A stretch of 64,000 nucleotides of DNA. Origin: Saprospiraceae bacterium. Lineage in GTDB: Bacteria; Bacteroidota; Bacteroidia; Chitinophagales; Saprospiraceae. A program made the translations under genes and the position numbers. The stretch lies in assembly GCA_022841505.1 (NCBI GenBank), contig JALHRK010000001.1, positions 357 to 64,356 on the forward strand, given 5' to 3'. The notes under the pieces are model-generated. The model saw only the letters and a list, made by a program, of their open reading frames with translations, did not search any database and was not told the origin of the DNA. This document shows positions 9,652 to 19,042 of the stretch, piece by piece. Position 1 is the first letter of the stretch, and every line of letters begins with the position of its first letter.

Positions 9652-10908
9652 TTAATCTTCAGCCTGGTCAGGTGCTTTTTTCTGCACTTTCAGCTGCATC
9701 GTCGTATCCAACCCGTTGCGCACTTCCACCAGGATTCCATCAGAAAGGCCAAGCTCCACCGGGCGCTTTTCAAACACCCGATCGGCGGTCTGCACTTCTA
9801 CAAACGCTTTTTCCTCCTCAAACAACACGTCGCGCTCTTTGATGGCAATTACTTGTTTGCGCCGATCAAAGATAATATCGGCATTGGCACTATACCCCGC
9901 CCGCAGAAAAATTTTATTGGTCGGCTTTACGGCAGCCCGCACCTCAAATTTCACGGTGCCTTCTTCTTCTAAGCCTTTCGGCGAAATAAACTCCAGTGTC
10001 GCCTCAAATTTTTCGCTTTCAATGGCCCCGACCGTGACTTCCAGCTGCATGCCTTCTTTGAGTTTGCCCACCTCTGCTTCGTCTACTTTTCCTTCAAAAA
10101 TAAGCGAATTCATATCAGCAATGATTGCAACGCTGGTGCCTTCGTTAAAATTATTGCGCTCAATGACCGACGAGCCAACTTCCACCGGGATATCCAAAAC
10201 CATGCCATCTATGGTGGAAACCACCACGTTGGCAATTTGCTTCGATTGCCGCGACGCGCCTTCCCGCAGCAATTGCAGGTTGTTCAGGGCTGCGTCCAAT
10301 TCCTGTTTCTGGATGTCCAACGTGGTCTCAAATTGCTTGATGCTATTGCCCGCCACAATCCGGGAATTTTCAAAAGCAGCTTTTTGGATCTCCAGATCCA
10401 CCTTAAAACGGTTGTACTCCTGCTGCGAAATAACGCCTTCTTCAAAAAGGCCGCGCTGCCGTTCTTCTTCACGTCTGGCGTTTTCGTAGCTGACTTTAGC
10501 GCCTTCCACATCTAAGTTGCGGCGGTTCAATTCGCGCTGGCGATCCAGCTCGCGCTGGGCTTCTTTCAGGCGCAGTCGGGCAATTTCAACGTTGGATTGG
10601 GCAGCGTTGATGTTCAGTTCGCTTGGAATCAACTGGATGCGCGCAACAGGCTGTCCTTTTTTAACAATTTGTCCCGCCTCAACAAATAACGCTTCTACCA
10701 CACCCGACACCTGCGGCTTGATGTGCACCTCCAGGCGGGGTTTAATGGCGCCGGTGGCCACAGCCTTTTTGACGATGTCGGATACAACCGGTTTTTCCAG
10801 CTCAAAATCGCCGGCATCGGAGCGGCCCTGCTGGACAAAATAATAGATCAGTCCGATGGAAGCCAGCAACAAAAAAGCGCCCGCAGAAATTAGACAGCCT
10901 CTTCTCAT
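9652..10908 (-). CDS. efflux transporter periplasmic adaptor (HlyD/MacA family)
   Basis: N-terminal TM segment, a lipoyl-like motif (SGVVEALFVEAGQIVKKGQPVARI), a long coiled-coil hairpin and a C-terminal beta-barrel. It is the last gene of the ABC operon. Confidence 0.88.
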   Translation of the reverse strand: MRRGCLISAGAFLLLASIGLIYYFVQQGRSDAGDFELEKPVVSDIVKKAVATGAIKPRLEVHIKPQVSGVVEALFVEAGQIVKKGQPVARIQLIPSELNINAAQSNVEIARLRLKEAQRELDRQRELNRRNLDVEGAKVSYENARREEERQRGLFEEGVISQQEYNRFKVDLEIQKAAFENSRIVAGNSIKQFETTLDIQKQELDAALNNLQLLREGASRQSKQIANVVVSTIDGMVLDIPVEVGSSVIERNNFNEGTSVAIIADMNSLIFEGKVDEAEVGKLKEGMQLEVTVGAIESEKFEATLEFISPKGLEEEGTVKFEVRAAVKPTNKIFLRAGYSANADIIFDRRKQVIAIKERDVLFEEEKAFVEVQTADRVFEKRPVELGLSDGILVEVRNGLDTTMQLKVQKKAPDQAED

Positions 10909-10941
10909 GAGTTATCAGGTTTTATCTGTTTTGTTTGAATG

Positions 10942-12195
10942 TTATTCGTCTTTTAATGCCAGCACCGGATTCACCCGCGCGGCGTTCATTGCCGGGATCA
11001 GGCCTGCAACAGCTCCGGCAATCACCAGTAAGATCATCGCACTGAGGCCAATGGTCAGGTTAACCTGCGGATTGTAGAAATTTTCCGAATCCATATTATT
11101 GGACATCATGATGTAATTCAGCCCGCCAACTACGAGCGTCCCGGCAAGCAGGCCCAAATACCCCGAAAGTGCAGTGATGAAGACCGATTCGGTCAGGATC
11201 ATGCTGATGATAGACCGCGGAGTAGCGCCAAGTGCTTTCCGGAGCCCAATTTCCCGGGTGCGTTCCTTCACAATGATAAGCATGATGTTGCTGACGCCCA
11301 CAATTCCGGCCAGCAGAGTGCCGATGCCCACAAACCAAAGGAAAGCTTTGATGCCGGTGAACAAATTTTTGAATTGCTGAAATTCTTCTTCGAGGTTAAA
11401 CCCGCCAATGCCCTGGGGGTCATTGGGGTCTACATGGTGGCGTTGCCGGAGCAGGGCTTTCACTTTGGGCTCGACTTCGCTGACCATCACATTGGGCGCC
11501 GACGAGCATACGAAGTAATCCACATCTCCACCGGCTGCAAAAGCACGGTGCATTGTCGGCAACGGAATGACGATGGATTCCTGGTCTTCTTCGTTCCAGG
11601 GTTTGAGTTGGGAGGGTCCAAAAACGCCCGCAACCGTGAATTCAACACCCCGGATGCGGATGGCTTTGCCAACACAACCAACGGCATCTTTGCCGTATAA
11701 TACATCCCGCACCCGGGTTCCGATGATGGCCATTTTGCGGCATTCTGCCACATCGCGGTCGTTGATGTAGCGGCCCTCGTACACCTTTAGTGCTTCAATC
11801 CGAATCATATCGCCCAGTTCCCCCCGAATTTCGTAGCGCTCGCTTTTGTCACCCGCAGCTGCAATCGTTTGCGGCAGGGACAACCGGGGCGCGATGTACG
11901 CAACTTCCGGGATATTGTCTTTGATTGCCTGAATATCCGCCAATTTCAGCTGTGGCCTGCGCCCGGGTTGAAACCCCTGATAGGGCAGGGAAGTACGCGT
12001 AGCCCAGGTGTACATCACGTTTTTTGCGCGGTCGCCAAAGTTTCGGGTGACGCCGTTTTCGAGCCCTTTTCCCATGCCCAGCACAAAAATGAGCATAAAA
12101 ATACCCCAAAAAACGCCCAGCGCTGTGAGCGCAGTGCGCAACTTGTGTTTTTGCATGGTGGCAAAAATTTCCTGCCAGGTGTCGCGGTCAAACAT
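10942..12195 (-). CDS. ABC transporter permease, MacB/FtsX family
   Basis: N-terminal MacB_PCD-type sequence (RTALTALGVFWGIFMLI) and a C-terminal FtsX domain (IVKERTREIGLRKALGA). Confidence 0.9.
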   Translation of the reverse strand: MFDRDTWQEIFATMQKHKLRTALTALGVFWGIFMLIFVLGMGKGLENGVTRNFGDRAKNVMYTWATRTSLPYQGFQPGRRPQLKLADIQAIKDNIPEVAYIAPRLSLPQTIAAAGDKSERYEIRGELGDMIRIEALKVYEGRYINDRDVAECRKMAIIGTRVRDVLYGKDAVGCVGKAIRIRGVEFTVAGVFGPSQLKPWNEEDQESIVIPLPTMHRAFAAGGDVDYFVCSSAPNVMVSEVEPKVKALLRQRHHVDPNDPQGIGGFNLEEEFQQFKNLFTGIKAFLWFVGIGTLLAGIVGVSNIMLIIVKERTREIGLRKALGATPRSIISMILTESVFITALSGYLGLLAGTLVVGGLNYIMMSNNMDSENFYNPQVNLTIGLSAMILLVIAGAVAGLIPAMNAARVNPVLALKDE

Positions 12196-12218
12196 AATTT
12201 GGCGGTTTTGTGATGTTT

Positions 12219-12364
12219 ATTTTTTACCACATATTTTTTCACCACATACGAGTTCACATAGAATTATTCACAATAGACCACATAGCTGTTTCGCCGACTA
12301 GAGAAGGAGTACTATGTGTCCTATGTGAAAACACCTATTGTGAACTCGTATGTGGTAAAAAAAA
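12219..12364. repeat. family A palindromic element, second copy, between the two permease genes
   Basis: It shares TTTTTACCACATA ... CCACATAGC ... CTATGTGTCCTATGTGAAAAC.CCTATTGTGAACT..ATGTGGTAAAAAA with 3896-4034. Confidence 0.75.
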
Positions 12365-12367
12365 CTC

Positions 12368-13597
12368 CTATTCAGTTTTCATAGCGATTACCGGATTGAT
12401 CCTTGCCGCCTGCAATGCGGGCATCAACCCGGCCAGTGCCCCGGCAATAGCCAATACCGTCACTGCGCTCAGTGCAACAGTAAGATTCACTTGGGGGTGT
12501 CTGAAAAAATCCAGTTCCAGCACGCTCAGCAGGCTGATGACGCCAACGCCTGCCAATAAACCTAAGTATCCGGCGACGGAAGTGATGAAAACGGATTCCT
12601 GAAGGATCATGGCAATAATGGAATAAGGCGTTGCCCCCAGCGCTTTCCGGATCCCGATTTCTTTGGTTCGGTCTTTGACGATGATGAGCATGATGTTACT
12701 GACGCCTATCACCCCGGCAATGATGCTGCCGATGCCGACAAACCAGACAAACGCCCGGATGGCCGCAAACAAGCCCTGCACCTCTTCGTATTGTTCTGCA
12801 ACATTGTTGATGTACAACGCTTTTTCGTCATTGGCATCAAATTGAAGGCGGCCTGCAAATGCTTCGCGGACTTTCGCTTCCAGTTTTTTCATTTCCGGGA
12901 CAGACAGATCGCCTGCCGTGAACATGAGCTGGTGGATGTCATCCGTGCCCGAATAGACTTTTTGGGCGGTAGTGATGGGCAGGTAAATGATGCGCATTTC
13001 ATTTTCGCTGCCGGTATCGGTGTATACCCCAACAATGGTGTAGACGATGCCGCCGATATTGATTTCTTTGCCAATTGGATCTTCCCCTTTATCAAAGATG
13101 TTTTCCTTGACCACCCTGCCGATGATGGCCACTTTGCGGTATTGTACGATGTCCGTTTCATTAAGGTAGCGGCCACGTTCCATAGAGGTATTTTCGAGGT
13201 ACTGGTGGCCGGGATGAACAGATCGGATCGGAAAAGCCAACGTTTTGTTGCCGTATTTGACGGTGCGATCTCCAGTCAGGTAGAAGCGTCCGGTGATGTG
13301 TTCTACCTCTTTAAACTGCTCGGTGAGGTATTTGTAGTCTTCATTGGTGAACATGATGTCGCGACCTTTAGGCAAGCCTTTGTAGGGAATAGAAGTCGTC
13401 CCCCGGCGAAGCCAGATGCTGTTGGTAGCGTCGTCCCGAAACTGGTATTCGACGCCATTTTGGAGGCCATTGCCCGCTCCCTGCAAGATGACCAGCATAA
13501 AAATGCCCCAAAAAACCCCAAGCGCAGTGAGTGCGGTGCGCAGTTTATGCCGCCGGATGGTTTGAAAAATCTCCTGCCAGTTGTCGTATTCAAACAT
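12368..13597 (-). CDS. ABC transporter permease, MacB/FtsX family (paralog of 10942-12195)
   Basis: Same architecture as its paralog: RTALTALGVFWGIFMLV ... IVKDRTKEIGIRKALGA. Confidence 0.9.
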   Translation of the reverse strand: MFEYDNWQEIFQTIRRHKLRTALTALGVFWGIFMLVILQGAGNGLQNGVEYQFRDDATNSIWLRRGTTSIPYKGLPKGRDIMFTNEDYKYLTEQFKEVEHITGRFYLTGDRTVKYGNKTLAFPIRSVHPGHQYLENTSMERGRYLNETDIVQYRKVAIIGRVVKENIFDKGEDPIGKEINIGGIVYTIVGVYTDTGSENEMRIIYLPITTAQKVYSGTDDIHQLMFTAGDLSVPEMKKLEAKVREAFAGRLQFDANDEKALYINNVAEQYEEVQGLFAAIRAFVWFVGIGSIIAGVIGVSNIMLIIVKDRTKEIGIRKALGATPYSIIAMILQESVFITSVAGYLGLLAGVGVISLLSVLELDFFRHPQVNLTVALSAVTVLAIAGALAGLMPALQAARINPVIAMKTE

Positions 13598-13632
13598 GGT
13601 ATTGGCAATATAAAGTGACCAAAAAGGGTGCT

Positions 13633-14295
13633 TCAGGATTCGATCAGGCCGTCTTTCAGGCGAATGACCCGGTGCGTCATGGCAGCAATATCGTGTTCGT
13701 GCGTAACAATAATCACGGTAATGCCCTGGTCATTCACCCCTTTAAACAGCTCCATAACTTCCTGGGAAGTCTGCGTATCCAACGCGCCGGTGGGTTCATC
13801 GGCAAGGATAACTTTAGGCTGGGAAACCAATGCCCGGGCAATAGCCACCCGTTGTTGTTGTCCACCGGATAACTGGTTGGGAAGGTGTTCTGCCCAGTCG
13901 CGCAACCCCACCCGGTCTAAGTAGTCCAGGGCGATGTCGCGGCGCATTTTTCGGTCAATTTTTTGATAGTAGAGCGGCAGGGCGACGTTTTCGACCGCAG
14001 ATTTGAACGGGAGCAGGTTAAAGGATTGGAAAACAAAACCTATGAAGCGGTTGCGGTACATAGCAGCCTGGGTTTGCGTCAGGTTTTTGATCGCAACGTC
14101 ATTCAGGATGTATTGACCTTCGTCATAATCGTCGAGGATGCCCAGAATGTTGAGCAGGGTTGATTTTCCGGATCCGGAAGACCCCATAATGGAGATAAAT
14201 TCCCCTTCTCCGATGTGTAGGTCTATGCCTTTAAGCACCTGTAAAGAAGTATAATCGGTGCGGTATGCTTTGCGCACTTCCTTTAGCTGAATCAT
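13633..14295 (-). CDS. ABC transporter ATP-binding protein (MacB/LolD-like)
   Basis: Walker A GSSGSGKST, signature LSGGQQQRVAIARAL and Walker B ILADEPTGALD. Start moved to the ATG at 14295. Confidence 0.92.
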   Translation of the reverse strand: MIQLKEVRKAYRTDYTSLQVLKGIDLHIGEGEFISIMGSSGSGKSTLLNILGILDDYDEGQYILNDVAIKNLTQTQAAMYRNRFIGFVFQSFNLLPFKSAVENVALPLYYQKIDRKMRRDIALDYLDRVGLRDWAEHLPNQLSGGQQQRVAIARALVSQPKVILADEPTGALDTQTSQEVMELFKGVNDQGITVIIVTHEHDIAAMTHRVIRLKDGLIES

Positions 14296-14534
14296 AGATA
14301 GTCGGGTGTTAATCAACACTAAGTAAGATGATTTTCTTATAAATTAGGGCATAGAATGGATGAAAATGCATTTTGTGGGGACGAACGCAACTTCATTCCC
14401 GGGTTTTCGTAGATAAAAGATGGATGCAGCCGGCGTTTACCCCTATGCCTTGTCTGAATTTTGTATCTTCGCGTGGCAGCATTTTCGGGGCTTTTCCGTT
14501 ACCCTTGAAAGGACATCAGTAAGACAGAAAGGAT

Positions 14535-15341
14535 ATGAAGGATTACGCACACAAACGGGCTTTGATGCGCATTGGCGCTTTTATGGTACTGGCGACGCTT
14601 TTGGGCGGTTGCAAATTGGATTCTTTGGGAGAACCGATCGTAGTACCTGATGTAGAACGGGAGTTTTATATTGACCTTTGGGAAAATCTCTATCCCGAAA
14701 GCAGGGAACTGGTTTTTAAAATTGAAACCGTTCAGGCGCAGGATTGCGAAAATGCGACCATCTCTTATAACCTGAACCGCACTGGAAATACCGTGAAGCT
14801 GTCGCTGAATGCGATTTCGACCCCGGAAGATTGTCAGCAAGGGCCAGCCCAGATTTTTGCCAGCGCGCCCACCGGCAGGTTGAATGGCGGCTTGTACACG
14901 ATGAAAGTAGACCTGAAAAATACAGTTTTCAATGAAGGCCAGTTGACCGTTACCGGCGATGCCTACTTTTTAGACATGAATACTGATTATGGTTTTATTT
15001 TCCGGCACAAAAGCTTGTTGCGTGTACCTGAACAAGCCTATTGGGGATACCTTCCTTACGAAACTCCGGAACAGGAAGATCGTGCAAACGACTTTATCAA
15101 TGACTTGCAGGGCAGTTCCATCCAGCAAAACTTTTTAGTGGGATATTATGGCTATTTTTCCGTTGAACCCGATACCCGCGTGAGCATCCATGAGAATAGC
15201 CTGGAAGGAGTTTCCTACAAGTCTTTCCTTTTCAAATATGAAGGATCAGGCGCTAACATTCGGCAACAGATCAATGCTTTCAGACTTTTGCATGGTGCTG
15301 AGTCGGTGCATGTCCTGAATTCAAAAGGCGAAACCTGGTAG
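14535..15341 (+). CDS. hypothetical lipoprotein
   Basis: Lipobox LATLLGGC after a basic N-terminus. I recognise no family. Confidence 0.55.
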   Translation: MKDYAHKRALMRIGAFMVLATLLGGCKLDSLGEPIVVPDVEREFYIDLWENLYPESRELVFKIETVQAQDCENATISYNLNRTGNTVKLSLNAISTPEDCQQGPAQIFASAPTGRLNGGLYTMKVDLKNTVFNEGQLTVTGDAYFLDMNTDYGFIFRHKSLLRVPEQAYWGYLPYETPEQEDRANDFINDLQGSSIQQNFLVGYYGYFSVEPDTRVSIHENSLEGVSYKSFLFKYEGSGANIRQQINAFRLLHGAESVHVLNSKGETW

Positions 15342-15422
15342 TTTCTGCTCTTTAAAGTCCGATAGCTGCGTTATGCCCGGCTCCAAAATCGGTCATTTAC
15401 GCAATGAAATGGATGGACAACT

Positions 15423-16178
15423 CTAACTCGAAGGTTGCAACATTTTTCGATGTGCTGCCGCGCGTTTAGCTTCTTTTTTTTTACTTTCTTTCAATTCAAA
15501 ATTCAGGCCCTCTGCACGAAACTGGTCGTATTTGTCACGATCAAACTGATAAAGCCGGGCCGGGCGATGCGCCACGCCTTCCTGCGTTTGTTCCAGGTCA
15601 ATGAGCAGGTTCATAGACAAAATCTTCTTCCTGAAATTGCGCTTGTCGAGGTCCGTTTCCAGAATTGCCTCATACAAGTGTTGCAGGGCAGTGAGCGTAA
15701 ATTGCGGCGGCAACAACTCGAAGCCAACCGGCCTCGTGCGCACCAACCATTTGAGGCGTTGAAAGCAGGCGTTCAGAATTTCAATGTGGTCAAAAGCCAG
15801 GTCGTTCACTTTGGAAATGGAATGCCACTGCGCTTTTTGAGCGATGGAAGCCGGCTGCAGGTTGTAGTCACTGATCTTGACCAAAGAAAAATAGGCGATG
15901 GTAATGACCCTGCCAAAAGGGTGCCGGTTCGTAGCGCCGAAAGTTTGCACCTGCTCTAAGTAAACGTTTCGCAACCCGGTTAACTCTTCCAAAACGCGTT
16001 TTGCCGCAGTGTCTAAGTCTTCATTCGGGTATACGAAGTACCCGGGTAAAGCCCATTTGCCTTTATACGGTGCTTCCCCACGCTTGATCAGCAGTATCTT
16101 CAAATCCCCTTCATCAAATCCGAAAATGACATTGTCAACGGTAAATGCGGATTTGAAAAAATCGTTGAATTCAGTCAT
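15423..16178 (-). CDS. nrtR: NrtR-like transcriptional regulator (degenerate Nudix domain plus C-terminal winged HTH)
   Basis: The Nudix fold has a degenerate box (GYFVYPNEDLDTAAKRVLEELTG, where the canonical GX5E and RE residues are changed). The C-terminal ~90 aa is wHTH-like (FTLTALQHLYEAIL...DKRNFRKKI). The gene is divergent from nadK. Confidence 0.75.
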   Translation of the reverse strand: MTEFNDFFKSAFTVDNVIFGFDEGDLKILLIKRGEAPYKGKWALPGYFVYPNEDLDTAAKRVLEELTGLRNVYLEQVQTFGATNRHPFGRVITIAYFSLVKISDYNLQPASIAQKAQWHSISKVNDLAFDHIEILNACFQRLKWLVRTRPVGFELLPPQFTLTALQHLYEAILETDLDKRNFRKKILSMNLLIDLEQTQEGVAHRPARLYQFDRDKYDQFRAEGLNFELKESKKKEAKRAAAHRKMLQPSS

Positions 16179-16342
16179 GTTTTTTGCTTGCTGTTATTTG
16201 ATGATACCTTCGGCAAATCGTAGGGAAGAATCAGGATTTTTTTAAAATTTTGCCCTTCCAATCCATATAATATAATCCGAAAAGCCAATTGGGCGAAAAA
16301 TTACCCTTTTTTTGTGGAATCTACAATCGGTTGGGGGGTATT

Positions 16343-16361
16343 TAGTGTAAAAACAACACTA
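16343..16361. promoter_or_regulatory. candidate NrtR operator (perfect palindrome TAGTGT-N7-ACACTA)
   Basis: A 6-N7-6 perfect inverted repeat with a GT-N7-AC core lies in the nrtR/nadK divergent region, 91 nt upstream of the nadK ATG. Confidence 0.4.
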
Positions 16362-16451
16362 CGGTAAGATGTATTATGCCGGACATCCAATTTTTTATCC
16401 CAATCTGAATGACCGGAACTGTTGTAACTTGTCCCCATAAAACGCATCGCT

Positions 16452-17336
16452 ATGCAAGTTGTCGTATTTGGAAAAACAGTCAAAGATAAAGACCTTCCCC
16501 ATATCCAGCATTTGTTCGATGCCCTGCACGATGAAGGCATCAATGCCTATGTGTACAAACCTTATCTGGAAGATTTGAAAGGGTTGATCAACTTCAGGCG
16601 CGATGTAGGCATATTTGAAGGATACCTTGATTTTATCGTCCATAAAATTGATTTTTTTATTGCCCTCGGCGGCGACGGCACTATCCTGGAAGCAGTGACG
16701 CATGTTCGCGACAGCCAGGTGCCCATTGTTGGCATCAACCTGGGGCGGTTGGGTTTTTTGGCCAGCATTGAAAAAAAACGGGTTGCCAATGCCATCCAGT
16801 TACTCAATCGGGGCATGTATGCTTTGGATGAACGGGGATTGCTCTATTTGGAATCGAATCTGCCTATTTTCGGAGAAACCCGTTTTGCACTCAACGACTG
16901 CACCATTCACAAGCGCGACACCTCTTCCATGGTCACCATTCACACTTACGTCAATGGCGCTTACCTGAACTCCTATTGGGCAGATGGCCTGATCATTGCC
17001 ACCCCAACCGGCTCCACTGGGTATTCCCTGAGTTGCGGCGGCCCCATTATTTTTCCGACTTCGGATGATTTCGTCATCACCCCTGTGGCGCCGCATAACC
17101 TGAGCGTCCGGCCCGTGGTTATTTCTGATAATTCGGTGATCTCCTTTGAAGTGGAAGGCCGTGCAGAAAATTTCCTTTGCACCCTCGACTCCCGATTCGA
17201 AATCATCACGGCTGCACATCAATTGGCCGTAAGGCGCAATGATTTTAACATCAAATTAGTGCAGCTTCAGGAGGTTGGTTTTTTGCAAACCATGCGCAAT
17301 AAATTGGCCTGGGGGGCAGATTCGAGAAACATGTAA
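16452..17336 (+). CDS. nadK: NAD kinase
   Basis: 294 aa with the GGDGT motif (ALGGDGTILEA), NxGxLGFL (INLGRLGFLA) and a C-terminal TPTGSTGYSLSCGGPI. Confidence 0.92.
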   Translation: MQVVVFGKTVKDKDLPHIQHLFDALHDEGINAYVYKPYLEDLKGLINFRRDVGIFEGYLDFIVHKIDFFIALGGDGTILEAVTHVRDSQVPIVGINLGRLGFLASIEKKRVANAIQLLNRGMYALDERGLLYLESNLPIFGETRFALNDCTIHKRDTSSMVTIHTYVNGAYLNSYWADGLIIATPTGSTGYSLSCGGPIIFPTSDDFVITPVAPHNLSVRPVVISDNSVISFEVEGRAENFLCTLDSRFEIITAAHQLAVRRNDFNIKLVQLQEVGFLQTMRNKLAWGADSRNM

Positions 17337-17339
17337 CCG

Positions 17340-18119
17340 ATGAACAGGAGAGAACTTTTTCTAAACTTCTTATGGGCGCATCTGCCTTTTTACAAAAAAA
17401 AAGAGCCGGCTATGAATCAGGAAACTTTTAACAAAATCTGGAAAATGATGGGGTTGCGTTACACCTCGCATCCCTGGCATGGCATTTCAATCGGAGCAGC
17501 AGTGCCTGATACGGTCACCGCTTTCATCGAGGTCATTCCTTCGGATACTGTGAAATACGAAGTAGACAAACCCAGCGGCTACCTGAAAATAGACCGCCCG
17601 CAGAAGTTTTCCAACATTGTACCTGCTTTGTACGGCTTTATTCCCCAAACGTATTGCAAAGAAAATGTCGGCAAATTTTGCATGGAACAAACCGGGCGAA
17701 CCGGTATTATGGGCGACGACGATCCGCTTGACATCTGTGTGCTGACCGAACGCGAGGTGACCCACGGCAATATCCTGATACAGGCGGTTCCAATCGGAGG
17801 ATTGCGTATGATTGACGGAGGGCAGGCCGACGATAAAATTATTGCCGTGTTGAAACAGGACGAAGTGTATGGGCACTGGGGCGACATCAACGAAATTCCT
17901 GCCCCGCTCGTAGACCGGCTTCGGCATTATTTTTTGACCTATAAACAACTGCCGGGAGAAACACCCCGATGTGAAATCACGCACGTGTATGGCCGTGATG
18001 AAGCCCACGAGGTGATCCGGCGCAGCCAACAGGATTATGCGCATTATTTTGGCAATCTGGAAGCAGATTTGTCGAAGGCACTTTTGGAGGAATTTAATTC
18101 CGGCAACCAGAAAAAGTAG
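17340..18119 (+). CDS. ppa: inorganic pyrophosphatase, family I; the start may be the ATG at 17412
   Basis: Motifs EVIPSDTVKYEVDK, YGFIPQT and DDDPLDICVL are typical of soluble PPase. The ORF begins 3 nt after the nadK stop. Confidence 0.85.
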   Translation: MNRRELFLNFLWAHLPFYKKKEPAMNQETFNKIWKMMGLRYTSHPWHGISIGAAVPDTVTAFIEVIPSDTVKYEVDKPSGYLKIDRPQKFSNIVPALYGFIPQTYCKENVGKFCMEQTGRTGIMGDDDPLDICVLTEREVTHGNILIQAVPIGGLRMIDGGQADDKIIAVLKQDEVYGHWGDINEIPAPLVDRLRHYFLTYKQLPGETPRCEITHVYGRDEAHEVIRRSQQDYAHYFGNLEADLSKALLEEFNSGNQKK

Positions 18120-18131
18120 AGAGAGAGAGCC

Positions 18132-18971
18132 TTACCACACCAACCTCCGCCAGAAACTATCTAATTGCGCTTTTAGCGCCTCTGCTTTACCCTGGTATTC
18201 ATTTTGCGGGTCTGCAATTACTTTCTCTAAGGCCGCCTGCACTTCCGCTTCCGGCGCTTCCTGAGCCAGCAAAATAATCACCCGGTTCCACGAAACCTGG
18301 TCGCTGTAATAACGCATTCGGGTTTCATCAAGACCAGCAGCCCTCGACAACGTCAGTACTTCTCCAAAAGCAATGAGCGCTTCTGAATACAATTTTTGTT
18401 CCATCAGGCGGTGCGCGTCGGCAAAACGGGATTCTAAGCGGCTCCGAAGCGTTTGTTCTCCGCCCATTGTATTGCCGATATTGGGCATGCGGTAGGAGAT
18501 TTCAGCCAGCCGTTCTGAACTGTAATTCATCGTAGCGTACCAGCTCAATCCGACCCCCACCAGCAAAATGATACTTGCCGCAACAGCCAGCCTGCGCACA
18601 AAAACGGGTCGTAAGGTTTTTATAACGGCAGCTTTGCCGGCAGGTGCTCTTGTTTGATGCGCAATTTCCCATCCGGCCATTTTATCGCGCAGGTTTTCCG
18701 ACCGCAAAGCTGCCAGTCCTTCCAGCACCGGCGCGAGTTCTGTTTCTTGTTCAACCAATTGGGCTTCTGCTTCCCAGCCTGCAAATTTGTCGTTGTAAGC
18801 CTGTGAACGCAAAGCTGCCAACCCGTCGAACAAACGCCGGTATTGCGCGGTGTCTATCCGCAAGGTTTCATCCCTTTCAAGCTCCGCTTCAAAACGGGCG
18901 GCAGCCTCTGCCTCCAATTGCCCGGCTAAGTACTGCTCGATGGTCGCGATGTCGTAATCTTCCGTGTGCAT
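18132..18971 (-). CDS. putative anti-sigma factor / single-pass membrane protein with a TPR-like C-terminal domain
   Basis: It lies directly downstream of the sigma factor gene. It has an N-terminal zf-HC2-position helix (IEQYLAGQL), a central TM segment (LAVAASIILLVGVGLSWY) and a helical C-terminus. Start set at the ATG at 18971. Confidence 0.5.
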   Translation of the reverse strand: MHTEDYDIATIEQYLAGQLEAEAAARFEAELERDETLRIDTAQYRRLFDGLAALRSQAYNDKFAGWEAEAQLVEQETELAPVLEGLAALRSENLRDKMAGWEIAHQTRAPAGKAAVIKTLRPVFVRRLAVAASIILLVGVGLSWYATMNYSSERLAEISYRMPNIGNTMGGEQTLRSRLESRFADAHRLMEQKLYSEALIAFGEVLTLSRAAGLDETRMRYYSDQVSWNRVIILLAQEAPEAEVQAALEKVIADPQNEYQGKAEALKAQLDSFWRRLVW

Positions 18972-18985
18972 GATCTTCGTTTTAA

Positions 18986-19042
18986 ATGTGCAAGTTTGCC
19001 AATTTGCCTTTTGCAAACTTGCGTATTTGCCTACTTGCAAAC
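18986..19042. repeat. family B repeat (TTGCAAACTTGC / TTTGCC decamer-like array)
   Basis: It shares a 23-nt identical core (GCAAGTTTGCAAAAGGCAAATTG, in reverse orientation) and flanking similarity with 49786-49886. It fills the gap between the sigma factor stop and the anti-sigma start. Confidence 0.7.

Noticed and set aside
9652-14295. The MacA-MacB-type ABC efflux operon (ATPase, two permeases, adaptor) considered as a possible novel system.
   Set aside because: This is the standard Bacteroidota split MacB/LolCDE-like architecture. Only the inserted family A repeat is unusual, and that is reported separately.
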